Of a DNA stretch of 32,000 bases, positions 10,255 to 18,607 are shown in pieces. Source of the DNA: Nitrosopumilus maritimus SCM1. Lineage in GTDB: Archaea; Thermoproteota; Nitrososphaeria; Nitrososphaerales; Nitrosopumilaceae. Both the position numbers and the translations under genes were made by a program. The DNA is taken from contig NC_010085.1 of NCBI RefSeq assembly GCF_000018465.1, forward strand, positions 1,440,001 to 1,472,000. The letters run 5' to 3'. Each line of letters opens with the position of its first letter. The first letter of the stretch is position 1. The notes below the pieces were generated by a model. That model made no database searches. It was given only the letters and a program-made list of their open reading frames with translations, and was not told the origin of the DNA.

Positions 10255-11330
10255 GCAATTGCCTCCATTGCAGTTACAAGTTTTAGATTATCTTTATGAG
10301 ATTTTATTGCAATTCGAATATAGTGATTATCTAGTCCACGAAAATTTTTGCAATCACGAATCAATATTTTATGTTTTAACAATTTTTTTTGAAGTTTTGT
10401 TGAATCGTATTTTGTTTTTATTAAAATAAAATTTGTTGAAGAGTCATGACATTCAAAACCTGGAATTCTAGCAATTTTCTTTTTTAGAAAATTTGATTCT
10501 TTTTTTATAATTGATTTTGATTTTGTTAAATGAGATTTATTTTTTATAGCTATCATTCCTGCTTCTTGTGCTAATGCATTAACACTCCAAGGAATTTTTA
10601 TTTTTTTCAGAATATCAATAATTGTTTTTGAACCTATACCATATCCAATTCTTATTCCTGCTAATCCAAACGATTTTGTTAATGATCTTAAAACAAAAAG
10701 ATTATCATATTTTTTTACCAAATTTATCACAGATTGGTTTGATTCAGGAACCAATTCAATAAAACATTCATCAACAAATACAAAACTAGATTTATTTTTT
10801 GCAGCAGATATTATTTTTGTTAATTGTTTTTTTGAGATAATATTTCCTGTGGGATTATTTGGGTTGCATACAAAAACACATCCATTTTTTGGAATCTTTG
10901 AAATAAAAGAATCTATATTTTTGGAAAGATTCATTGTTTTAAAAAAAGTAAATTTACAATCAACGAGTTTTGATGCAGACTCGTATTCGCTAAAAGTAGG
11001 AGTTGGAATCAAAACATGTTTTTTAGATAAAAATGCAGTACAGAAATTATAGAGAATTTCAATCGCACCATTACCCACAACTATGTGAGAATCAGAGAAT
11101 CCAGTGTATTTTTTGAGGCTAGAGAGCAAACTCAGTGAATCAGCATCAGGGTAGTGTTCCATTCCATCTAGTCTTTTTTTCATAGTGGATTTTACAGTGG
11201 ATGGCATTCCAGCAGGACTAGTATTTGAGCTAAAATCTATGACATCAGATTGCTGATTTCCTCCAGAAAATCGGCCCCCATGAGAGATAGGATGGTGTTT
11301 GGTGATGCTTGTTTTGGTCCTTATTTTCAC
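10251..11330 (-). CDS. PLP-dependent class I/II aminotransferase-like enzyme; probably threonine-phosphate decarboxylase (CobD/CobC-like) from operon context
   Basis: HGG…DFSSNTSPAG, NPNNPTGN, RSLTKSFGLAGIRIGYG PLP-lysine motif, and overlap with the cbiP-like gene in a cobalamin operon. Confidence 0.85.
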   Translation of the reverse strand: MKIRTKTSITKHHPISHGGRFSGGNQQSDVIDFSSNTSPAGMPSTVKSTMKKRLDGMEHYPDADSLSLLSSLKKYTGFSDSHIVVGNGAIEILYNFCTAFLSKKHVLIPTPTFSEYESASKLVDCKFTFFKTMNLSKNIDSFISKIPKNGCVFVCNPNNPTGNIISKKQLTKIISAAKNKSSFVFVDECFIELVPESNQSVINLVKKYDNLFVLRSLTKSFGLAGIRIGYGIGSKTIIDILKKIKIPWSVNALAQEAGMIAIKNKSHLTKSKSIIKKESNFLKKKIARIPGFECHDSSTNFILIKTKYDSTKLQKKLLKHKILIRDCKNFRGLDNHYIRIAIKSHKDNLKLVTAMEAIA

Positions 11331-11413
11331 ATAACAAAATAGGAGCAGGCGATATAGTATCTTTTGGTAATTTGAATAACGATTATTAATTGAAACCGAT
11401 CAATGATTAATTC

Positions 11414-12490
11414 ATGGAGAAGAAAAGAGTTGCAATTATAGGAGTTACAGGTTCCGTAGGACAGGAATTCGTACAATCTTTGAATAATCACCCATGGTTT
11501 GAAGTAACTCAAATCGCAGCTTCAGAACGCTCTGCAGGTAAGAATTATCTTGATGCCATCAGAAATGAAGGCGGGATCATCATGTGGGATGTAGGAGGCG
11601 AGATCCCAGATTACATCAAAGAAATGACTGTAAAAAGCATTGACGAACTTGATACATCACAATTAGACTTGATATTTTCAGCAGTTGAATCTCAAGCTGC
11701 AAGAGACATTGAAACTAAAATGGCAGCCGAACTACCAGTAGTTTCAACTAGTTCTGCATATAGATACGAAGAAGATGTTCCAATTCTCATTCCAGGTGTA
11801 AATGATGAGCAAGTTGAACTAATAGAAACTCAAAAGAAAAATCGCAACTGGAAAGGATTTGTAACACCATTACCTAACTGTACAACTACAGGTTTAGCAA
11901 TTACATTAAAACCACTACTTGAAAAATATGGTGCAAAAAAAGTCATGATGACTTCAATGCAAGCAATTTCAGGAGGTGGAAAGTCAGGAGTATCTGCCAT
12001 GGGAATTACAGATAACATCTTACCTTACATTCCAAAAGAAGAAGGTAAAGTTAGACTAGAGACAAGAAAAATTTTGGGAAAACTAGTAGATGGTAAAATA
12101 GAGGATGCAGATATTAGAGTTAGTTGTACTTGTACTAGAGTTCCAGTAATTGATGGACATACTGAATCAGTTTTTGTTGAAACTTCAGAAGACATTGATC
12201 CAGCTAAAGCAAAAGAACTCTACAATGGTTACAATAAAAATATCTCAGTTCAAGGATTACCATCAGCTCCTAAAGAATACTATGCATTCCATGAAGACCC
12301 AACAAGACCTCAACCAAGAATGGAAAGAGAAGTTGGTAACGGAATGACTACAACAATTGGCAGAGTTGAAAAAGAAGAATTGTTTGATAAAGGTCTCAAA
12401 TACATGTTATTCTCACATAACAAGAAAATGGGTTCAGCAAAAGGCGCAGTACTCTTAGCTGAAATGTTATACAAAAAAGGTAAGATCTAG
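11414..12490 (+). CDS. asd: Aspartate-semialdehyde dehydrogenase
   Basis: GVTGSVGQEFVQSL, PNCTTTGLAITLKPL with catalytic Cys, and RVPVIDGHTESVFVE. Confidence 0.95.
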   Translation: MEKKRVAIIGVTGSVGQEFVQSLNNHPWFEVTQIAASERSAGKNYLDAIRNEGGIIMWDVGGEIPDYIKEMTVKSIDELDTSQLDLIFSAVESQAARDIETKMAAELPVVSTSSAYRYEEDVPILIPGVNDEQVELIETQKKNRNWKGFVTPLPNCTTTGLAITLKPLLEKYGAKKVMMTSMQAISGGGKSGVSAMGITDNILPYIPKEEGKVRLETRKILGKLVDGKIEDADIRVSCTCTRVPVIDGHTESVFVETSEDIDPAKAKELYNGYNKNISVQGLPSAPKEYYAFHEDPTRPQPRMEREVGNGMTTTIGRVEKEELFDKGLKYMLFSHNKKMGSAKGAVLLAEMLYKKGKI

Positions 12491-12569
12491 ATTTTTTTTG
12501 CAATTTTTTCAATAATAACTTTATAAGAACCAGAAATCTAGAACGACTCAGGTGTTTTAGACGGCAAAA

Positions 12570-13028
12570 GTAGATGACCTGGATCTTCAGATTTTATCAG
12601 AATTATCAAATGATGCATCAATTTCAGTTCCACGTTTATCAAAAAAAATCAATGTGAATTCTTCAGTAGTATATTCAAGAATTAAGAGATTAGTAAAAAG
12701 AAAACTAATTGAACGATTTACAATTGTTGTAAATGATGCTGAATTAGGATACAATGTTAAAGCATTAACTGGAATTAACATGGATACAAAAAAACGCGAT
12801 CACATAATTTCAGAATTATTCAAAATTGATGGAGTAAGAGAAGTTGCAGAAGTTACTGGTAGATTTGATATCCTTGTTACAATGTATTCAAAATCATTAG
12901 ATCAGATGCACAAAATGGTCTCAGAGAGAATTGGACGAATTGAAGGCATTCAGTCTTCAGAATCATTTATTGAGATGAAATCACGTGCCAAAGCAATGCC
13001 ATATATGCCATCAAAGGATAGTGACTAG
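12570..13028 (+). CDS. Lrp/AsnC family transcriptional regulator; N-terminal boundary uncertain
   Basis: DDLDLQILSELSNDASISVPRLSKKINVNSSVVYSRIKRLVKRKLIERFTIVVN is an HTH-AsnC domain, followed by a RAM-like domain. The tool ORF starts inside the HTH at GTG 12654, but the reading frame and HTH similarity extend to about 12570. Confidence 0.85.
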   Translation, partial: VDDLDLQILSELSNDASISVPRLSKKINVNSSVVYSRIKRLVKRKLIERFTIVVNDAELGYNVKALTGINMDTKKRDHIISELFKIDGVREVAEVTGRFDILVTMYSKSLDQMHKMVSERIGRIEGIQSSESFIEMKSRAKAMPYMPSKDSD

Positions 13029-13030
13029 TA

Positions 13031-13960
13031 TTGCAAAAACAAAAGACAGAATCCAGAGTTGCAGTATATTATGAATTAACAAAGCCCAAAATTTGGTATT
13101 TGTTGGTATTTACCGCATTTGGGGCCGCTTTAACAGCATCTAATATTTACGGAATTGAGATTGCACCTTCCACATGGGCACTCATGTTATTTTCAGTTGC
13201 CGCAGGTTCTGCTGCAGCCAATACTTTGACAAATTATCACGATAGAGATATCGACGCAATAATGGAGAGAACAAAAGGCAGACCACTCCCATCAAAAAGA
13301 ATCTACCCAGCAGTAAAAGCACGTAATTTTGGATTAGCATTAGCCGGAATTTCATTAGTATTAGCATTTGGAATTTCATTTACAACTACTTTAGAACAAG
13401 GTCTATGGGCCACTGCATTCATAGCATTTGGATTACTGAACAACATTTTGGTATACTCGTATGCACTAAAACGAAATTCAAGAACTAACATAATTTTAGG
13501 AGGATTATGCGGAGGTTCACCACCAATGATTGGATGGGTTGCAGTTACAATGTCAGATTTATGGACAATGGGACTTGCAATGGCAGGATTGGTGTTCATT
13601 TGGATTCCAATGCACATTTGGGCATTAACTTTGCATTTCAAAGATGATTACAACAAGGTAAATGTTCCAATGCTAACTGCAGTTCAATCAGAAAAAACAT
13701 CTGCAAGAGCAATCGCAGGATCAACTGTGGTAATGGTATTATTTTCAATAGCACCATTTTTCATAACAACACAATCAGGAGAAGAGATGGTAGGAGGAGT
13801 GTACTTGTGGACTGCAATTGCATCAGGTATTTTGATGGTAGCACTATCAATTTGGGTAATAGTAAAACCCATGGAAAAAGCATCGTGGACTTTGTTTAAA
13901 TTTTCTAGTCCATATTTGGCAGTATTATTTATTGCATTAATGGTAGATTCTGCACTATAA
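13031..13960 (+). CDS. ctaB: Protoheme IX farnesyltransferase (UbiA superfamily)
   Basis: YYELTKPKIWYLLVFT, NTLTNYHDRDIDAIMERTKGRPLP, HIWALTLHFKDDY. TTG start. Confidence 0.94.
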   Translation: MQKQKTESRVAVYYELTKPKIWYLLVFTAFGAALTASNIYGIEIAPSTWALMLFSVAAGSAAANTLTNYHDRDIDAIMERTKGRPLPSKRIYPAVKARNFGLALAGISLVLAFGISFTTTLEQGLWATAFIAFGLLNNILVYSYALKRNSRTNIILGGLCGGSPPMIGWVAVTMSDLWTMGLAMAGLVFIWIPMHIWALTLHFKDDYNKVNVPMLTAVQSEKTSARAIAGSTVVMVLFSIAPFFITTQSGEEMVGGVYLWTAIASGILMVALSIWVIVKPMEKASWTLFKFSSPYLAVLFIALMVDSAL

Positions 13961-14164
13961 GATACTACTATTTTCATCTAAGCTGTTAAGTTCTTTTGTA
14001 ATTGAAGTGTGTTTTTCAACTAATTCTTCTAATTCTTTTTGTACGTCAATAGAATCCCAATTTGATGAAATCAAAGATGACAATTTTGCAACAATACTCC
14101 ATTGAACATTATTTTGCTCATCGATTAATTCCAGAAATCGTTTTCCTTTTTCATCATCATTCAT
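13955..14164 (-). CDS. Small hypothetical protein, 69 aa
   Basis: Open frame with a charged, helical composition in an otherwise unoccupied gap. Confidence 0.5.
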   Translation of the reverse strand: MNDDEKGKRFLELIDEQNNVQWSIVAKLSSLISSNWDSIDVQKELEELVEKHTSITKELNSLDENSSIL

Positions 14165-14254
14165 AATTAGAAAAAAGAGAAGGAGTGATAAAAATCTGTA
14201 GCAGGTAATAGTATAATTTCAAAGTTTTATTAGGAAATTATCAATATTTCACAT

Positions 14255-14413
14255 ATGCAATGTAGCATTTCAGAATGCAAATCAAAAGCAATTCAAACGA
14301 TCCAGATTAGTTTTAGAGAGACAAGGAATCTTTGCAAAGAACATTTTGAGTTATTCCAAAACAAAGACAAGAAACACGCAATCAATTTCACAAGAGCATC
14401 CAAAGTCAAATGA
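14255..14413 (+). CDS. Unlisted small ORF, 52 aa, putative zinc-finger microprotein (MQCSISECKSKAIQTIQISFRETRNLCKEHFELFQNKDKKHAINFTRASKVK)
   Basis: Hand translation of ATG 14255 to TGA 14411-14413. C-X4-C-X18-C-X2-H spacing resembles a treble-clef or zinc-ribbon module. AT-rich TATA-like element about 45 nt upstream. Confidence 0.5.
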   Translation: MQCSISECKSKAIQTIQISFRETRNLCKEHFELFQNKDKKHAINFTRASKVK

Positions 14414-14473
14414 GATATTTTCAAATTTCAGAATTATTGAAAGATTTAACATCTACTATTTTCAAACTACCAT

Positions 14474-14968
14474 ATGGCTGCTAAGAAAAAAACCACGGTA
14501 AAGAAGAAACCAGTCAAAAAAGCAACTTCAAAGCCAAAATCTAAGGCAACAAAGCCAAAATCAAGCACAAAATCATCTACAAAAAAACCAGAATTTGAGA
14601 AAGCTTGGAAAGAATACAATTCTGCATTAAATGGATGGAAGGAATCTTTGGCACAGTGGCAAAAGGCTACAAATGAAACTTTAATGACATATCACGATGC
14701 ATGTCAAAAAGCTGTAGAATCAGACGCAGAATTATTAAAAAAAGTCAGCTCTAGTTGGGAAAGTACTTGGGAAGAAATTGGTCCTGAATACATCAAACAA
14801 CAAACAAAGATGATTGAAAATATTTTTAAAGAAACCAACATTGAATCAATTAAAAAATTCAATGAACAATGGGAGAAATTCCTCAAAACATCAGGAGATG
14901 ATTCAATCATGGCATATCAAGAAGCTATAAAGAGATTCAATCAAGCCTGGCAATCAGGTCAAATGTAG
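14474..14968 (+). CDS. Phasin-like helical protein with a Lys-rich, histone-H1-like N-terminal tail
   Basis: N-terminal AAKKKTTVKKKPVKKATSKPKSKATKPKSS, then a Trp/Gln-rich helical domain (WKEYNSALNGWKESLAQWQKATNE…FNEQWEKFLKTSG). Confidence 0.6.
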   Translation: MAAKKKTTVKKKPVKKATSKPKSKATKPKSSTKSSTKKPEFEKAWKEYNSALNGWKESLAQWQKATNETLMTYHDACQKAVESDAELLKKVSSSWESTWEEIGPEYIKQQTKMIENIFKETNIESIKKFNEQWEKFLKTSGDDSIMAYQEAIKRFNQAWQSGQM

Positions 14969-14980
14969 TTTTTAAAATAA

Positions 14981-16726
14981 CTATTTTTTCATTTTTCCTA
15001 TACGAAAGACTTTACAATTACATGTTGAACATGTGCCCTTTACTGCAGGACGACCATTTTTCATAATTGTTTCTTCAGGATTTTTGATTTTTCTTTTTGT
15101 TTTACATTTAACACAGTAAGCTTCTATGGAAGAAGTTTCTGAAGAAATTTTTGAAGACTGTTCAAGTTTTTTCTCAATCTCATCTAATTTTTTATTTTGT
15201 TTTTGTAATGTTTGAATAATTTCATGTTCAATATCAGCAGATTCTAATTTTTCAATTTCTTTTTCTAGTTCTCTTACTCTTGAAATTTGTTCTTCTGTCG
15301 CTTCATCAGAAGGATGCAGTTTTGAAGTTAATTCATTTTCTAATTCATCAATTTGATCTTCTAAATCATTAAATTCAGAATATTCCTCAACTATAGGCTC
15401 AACTTCAGGCTCAGATTTTATTTCTGGAACAGGTTTTTCAGATAATTTAGTTTCTAATTCATCAATTTGTTTTTGAAGTTCATCTAATTGTTCAAATTGT
15501 TCAGGAGTAGCTTCCTCTTCTAGTTCTGGTTTAGATTCTAACTCCTGGATTTGTTTCTCTAATTGTTCAAATTGTTCAAATTGTTCAGGAGTAGCTTCTT
15601 CATCTTCTAGTTCTGGAGCTAAATCAAGTTCCTGTGGAAGTTCTTCTGCAGATTCTTTTGGTAATGAACCTCTAGGACTTGGAGGAGCTGGTTCTGGTTT
15701 AGATTCTAACTCCTGGATTTGTTTCTCTAATTGTTCTAATCTTGCTAATTGTTCAGGAGTAGCTTCCTCTTCTTCGGGTTCTGGTTTAGATTCTAACTCC
15801 TGGATTTGTTTCTCTAATTGTTCTAATCTTGCTAATTGTTCAGGAGTAGCTTCCTCTTCTTCGGGTTCTGGTTTAGATTCTAACTCCTGGATTTGTTTCT
15901 CTAATTGTTCTAATCTTGCTAATTGTTCAGGAGTAGCTTCCTCTTCTTCGGGTTCTGGAATTGGTTCGTCTGCAACTGGTTCTGGAGCTAAATCAAGTTC
16001 CTGTGGAAGTTCTTCTGCAGATTCTTTTGGTAATGAGCCTCTAGGACTTGGAGGAGCTGGTTCTGGTTTAGATTCTAACTCCTGGATTTGTTTCTCTAAT
16101 TGTTCTAATCTTGCTAATTGTTCAGGAGTAGCTTCCTCTTCTTCGGGTTCTGGAATTGGTTCGTCTGCAACTGGTTCTGGAGCTAAATCAAGTTCCTGTG
16201 GAAGTTCTTCTGCAGATTCTTTTGGTAATGAACCTCTAGGACTTGGAGGAGCTGGTTCTGGAATTGGTTCGTCTGCAACTGGTTCTGGAGCTAAATCAAG
16301 TTCCTGTGGAAGTTCTTCTGCAGATTCTTTTGGTAATGAACCTCTAGGACTTGGAGGAGCTGGTTCTGGAATTGGTTCGTCTGCAACTGGTTCTGGAGCT
16401 AAATCAAGTTCATCTAGATCAATGCTTGTTACTACAGGTAAATCACCCAGAGAATCTAATTCTACTTTATTTCCGTCAATTCGTAAAAATGGTTCACCAT
16501 CAATTGAAAAAGTTCGGATTCGATGTCCCTGTTTCCAGGAGTTTTTTCCACTGTAAATTGTGATATAAGAAATTCCGTTCTTGATGTCAGACGAAATAGT
16601 TAGTCGGTCAACAGGAGTTCCTTTAGTAATCCCCTTGTCGGTATCCTGATGTCTAATAGCAACAGAAATCAAATGGTTGGCATCATAACTGACTTCAGAA
16701 ATTAGATAGTCAGCCCATTTATCCAT
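14981..16726 (-). CDS. Large modular repeat protein: DUF3892-like N-terminus, Pro/Glu-rich and coiled-coil tandem repeats, and C-terminal Cys4 zinc domain (DUF5679-like)
   Basis: N-terminal ADYLISEVSYDANHLISVAIRHQDT…RIRTFSIDGEPFLRIDG, repeats of PEPAPPSPRGSLPKESAEELPQELDLAPEPVADEPI and PEPEEEEATPEQLARLEQLEKQIQELESK, and C-terminal YCVKCKTKRKI…GTCSTCNCKVFRI. Confidence 0.8.
   Translation of the reverse strand: MDKWADYLISEVSYDANHLISVAIRHQDTDKGITKGTPVDRLTISSDIKNGISYITIYSGKNSWKQGHRIRTFSIDGEPFLRIDGNKVELDSLGDLPVVTSIDLDELDLAPEPVADEPIPEPAPPSPRGSLPKESAEELPQELDLAPEPVADEPIPEPAPPSPRGSLPKESAEELPQELDLAPEPVADEPIPEPEEEEATPEQLARLEQLEKQIQELESKPEPAPPSPRGSLPKESAEELPQELDLAPEPVADEPIPEPEEEEATPEQLARLEQLEKQIQELESKPEPEEEEATPEQLARLEQLEKQIQELESKPEPEEEEATPEQLARLEQLEKQIQELESKPEPAPPSPRGSLPKESAEELPQELDLAPELEDEEATPEQFEQFEQLEKQIQELESKPELEEEATPEQFEQLDELQKQIDELETKLSEKPVPEIKSEPEVEPIVEEYSEFNDLEDQIDELENELTSKLHPSDEATEEQISRVRELEKEIEKLESADIEHEIIQTLQKQNKKLDEIEKKLEQSSKISSETSSIEAYCVKCKTKRKIKNPEETIMKNGRPAVKGTCSTCNCKVFRIGKMKK
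15530..16420 (-). repeat. In-frame intragenic tandem repeat array of 108-bp (36 aa) and 87-bp (29 aa) modules
   Basis: The marker 'cctctagg' occurs at 15669, 16038, 16233 and 16341, giving spacings of 369 (108+3x87), 195 (108+87) and 108. The marker 'tcttcgggtt' occurs at 15771, 15858 and 15945 (87-bp period). Confidence 0.95.
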
Positions 16727-16837
16727 TATAAAAAATAGTGATTAGTTTCTAGTAAATAAGCGAGTCTAAATTCGAGGATCTAAGTATTATGCTTAAAAAA
16801 ATAAGATTATAATTGGTTTTTAGAAAACATTGTTCAA

Positions 16838-17221
16838 ATGGAAATTTCTGTAGAACCATGGAAAAAACTAGTAATTCACGAAGTAATTGAGTACAAATTT
16901 GATGATTGGGTAAAGCAAATAGCATTCAGTACTAGATCTTCTGGAGGAGCAATTCCTACGATGCAATGGACAAATGGCATTGTTTTCTCACCAGCAAATT
17001 TCCCAACAACTAATGCTACTGTTGAAGAACAATTGAAAGGAATTTTACACTGGTCATCAGTATCATTTGCAATAAAAGAAAAATTTGAAAAGCAAATTGT
17101 CAAGGAAAATGCTACAATAAATCTAGTAGATGTGAGTGTGAATGAAATTTTCAAGGAATTAGCAATTAGTTTGAAATCACAATCAAAATTTACAAACTCT
17201 GAATCTGGCAATGGTCAATGA
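16838..17221 (+). CDS. Hypothetical protein, 127 aa
   Basis: Open frame overlapping the next CDS by 4 bp (ATGA), consistent with co-transcription. Confidence 0.65.
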   Translation: MEISVEPWKKLVIHEVIEYKFDDWVKQIAFSTRSSGGAIPTMQWTNGIVFSPANFPTTNATVEEQLKGILHWSSVSFAIKEKFEKQIVKENATINLVDVSVNEIFKELAISLKSQSKFTNSESGNGQ

Positions 17222-17901
17222 ATATTGAAAAAATTATTGATGATTGTAAAATTTATCTAAAACAGATAAAACAATACGACCCCGATCCTTTCTATGTAAA
17301 TCATTTCTTTTCCAAATTCATAGACTCTGTAAATATGGTAATGGGAGGTATTTTTGATGAAGCAAACAGAGATTTTGGATTATTCATAACAGAGAAAATA
17401 TCGTATGAGAAATTTCTCAAGAAAGCAAAAGAAAAGAATGATGAGAAAGCAATTAAATTTTTAGAATGGTATTCAAACAAAATTAATCAAGAACACAAGA
17501 GTAAATTTCCAAAAGTAATTAAGAAAATATGTGAATTAAAAAATAAAGAAGATGCGTTACCTGAAATAAAAATTATGATAAGAGCTCAAGACAGATACGA
17601 GAAGGATATTAATCAACAAATCATAGTTGGGTTAAGCAATGAAAAACTACGTTCAAAAGAAGAGCTGCAAATTGAGATCAATAGACAGTTACCAGTATTT
17701 TTAGAAGTAATCAATCATAAAAGAACAAAAAATAATGAGCCTAATGTAAATGAAAATCAGGTAACTACATCAGCGTTTATTGATATTGGAGATATTTCTG
17801 AAGTTGAAGTTGCATACGCTGCAGAAATTTACATTCCTGTTTTAATTAGATTAGTTGAAGAATCTAGGAAAAAAATTAAAGAATTAACATCATGGAGTTA
17901 A
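17218..17901 (+). CDS. Hypothetical helical, charged protein, 227 aa
   Basis: Long ORF, operon-like overlap with the upstream gene, archaeal-like composition. Confidence 0.7.
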   Translation: MNIEKIIDDCKIYLKQIKQYDPDPFYVNHFFSKFIDSVNMVMGGIFDEANRDFGLFITEKISYEKFLKKAKEKNDEKAIKFLEWYSNKINQEHKSKFPKVIKKICELKNKEDALPEIKIMIRAQDRYEKDINQQIIVGLSNEKLRSKEELQIEINRQLPVFLEVINHKRTKNNEPNVNENQVTTSAFIDIGDISEVEVAYAAEIYIPVLIRLVEESRKKIKELTSWS

Positions 17902-17902
17902 T

Positions 17903-18568
17903 TTAGTCTGAAAATCCAAACACAGGATGTTCATTTTTTATTTTAATTATTGGAAAATATGAGAAGCCATGATCAATAGTATCAGAGAATTCTGGATTTT
18001 TCCCATGGTTACCCTGATATTTTAAGAAATTTTTTGTTGGTTCAGAATCTAATTCAACGTAATTGAAGTTGTAATAAACATCATCCATTTCGAGAGAAGT
18101 TATGTAACCAAGTATCCAAGATTTTTTTCTAGGCAAAGCAAATAATGTTAAATTTTGTTCATCAGGGAATTCAGGATCATATGTTAATCTGGCCAAGCTA
18201 CCTAGATCTTTTACAGGTATTGGATGAAATTGATCTGGAATGTCTTTTTCATTTTCAGGTAAAGGAGAAATTTGTGATTCCATATGAACCACAGGTGCAT
18301 AATGAGAAATATCTTTTGTAGACTCTACAATATCACAGATTTCTTTTCCTCCAGTTACTTGATATGAAATGTATCGTCCAGATTTTTTCAAAGGGGTGTA
18401 AAAAATCAGTAATGTGTTAGCTAACATCATACTGCATGAAACAACGCGTTCTCCGTTAAATTCCTGGGAATAAACTCGTTGAGGATATTCTCTAAAGGCA
18501 CAAGCATATCTTGCTAAATCATCAAAACTAAATAATTCAACAAAGCACTCATTCTGAGATACAGACAT
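17903..18568 (-). CDS. Hypothetical protein, 221 aa
   Basis: Long ORF filling the gap between convergent neighbours. No family recognised. Confidence 0.7.
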   Translation of the reverse strand: MSVSQNECFVELFSFDDLARYACAFREYPQRVYSQEFNGERVVSCSMMLANTLLIFYTPLKKSGRYISYQVTGGKEICDIVESTKDISHYAPVVHMESQISPLPENEKDIPDQFHPIPVKDLGSLARLTYDPEFPDEQNLTLFALPRKKSWILGYITSLEMDDVYYNFNYVELDSEPTKNFLKYQGNHGKNPEFSDTIDHGFSYFPIIKIKNEHPVFGFSD

Positions 18569-18607
18569 AAAAAATTTAGAATAAAAGATGTTTTTATTCT
18601 TTCAAAA

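Noticed and set aside
7148-11330. Considered as a possible novel biosynthetic cluster
   Set aside because: Each gene maps to a known late cobalamin step. Only the missing GATase domain is unusual.
13182-13977. Minus-strand ORFs at 13182-13379, 13303-13641 and 13684-13977
   Set aside because: Antisense to ctaB, whose protein signatures are unambiguous.
14704-14910. 68-aa minus-strand ORF
   Set aside because: Antisense shadow of the phasin-like gene.
15530-16420. Could the tandem repeats be a CRISPR array?
   Set aside because: Units are contiguous, in frame, 87/108 bp long, with no unique spacers. They encode a protein repeat.
16351-16563. Plus-strand ORF MEELVLELVRLQLVLELNQ…
   Set aside because: Reverse-frame reading of the repeat array. 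Its repetitiveness comes from the minus-strand modules.
16876-17211. 111-aa minus-strand ORF
   Set aside because: Overlaps the 127-aa plus-strand ORF, which is favoured by its ATGA overlap with the next gene and its charged composition. Not fully excluded.
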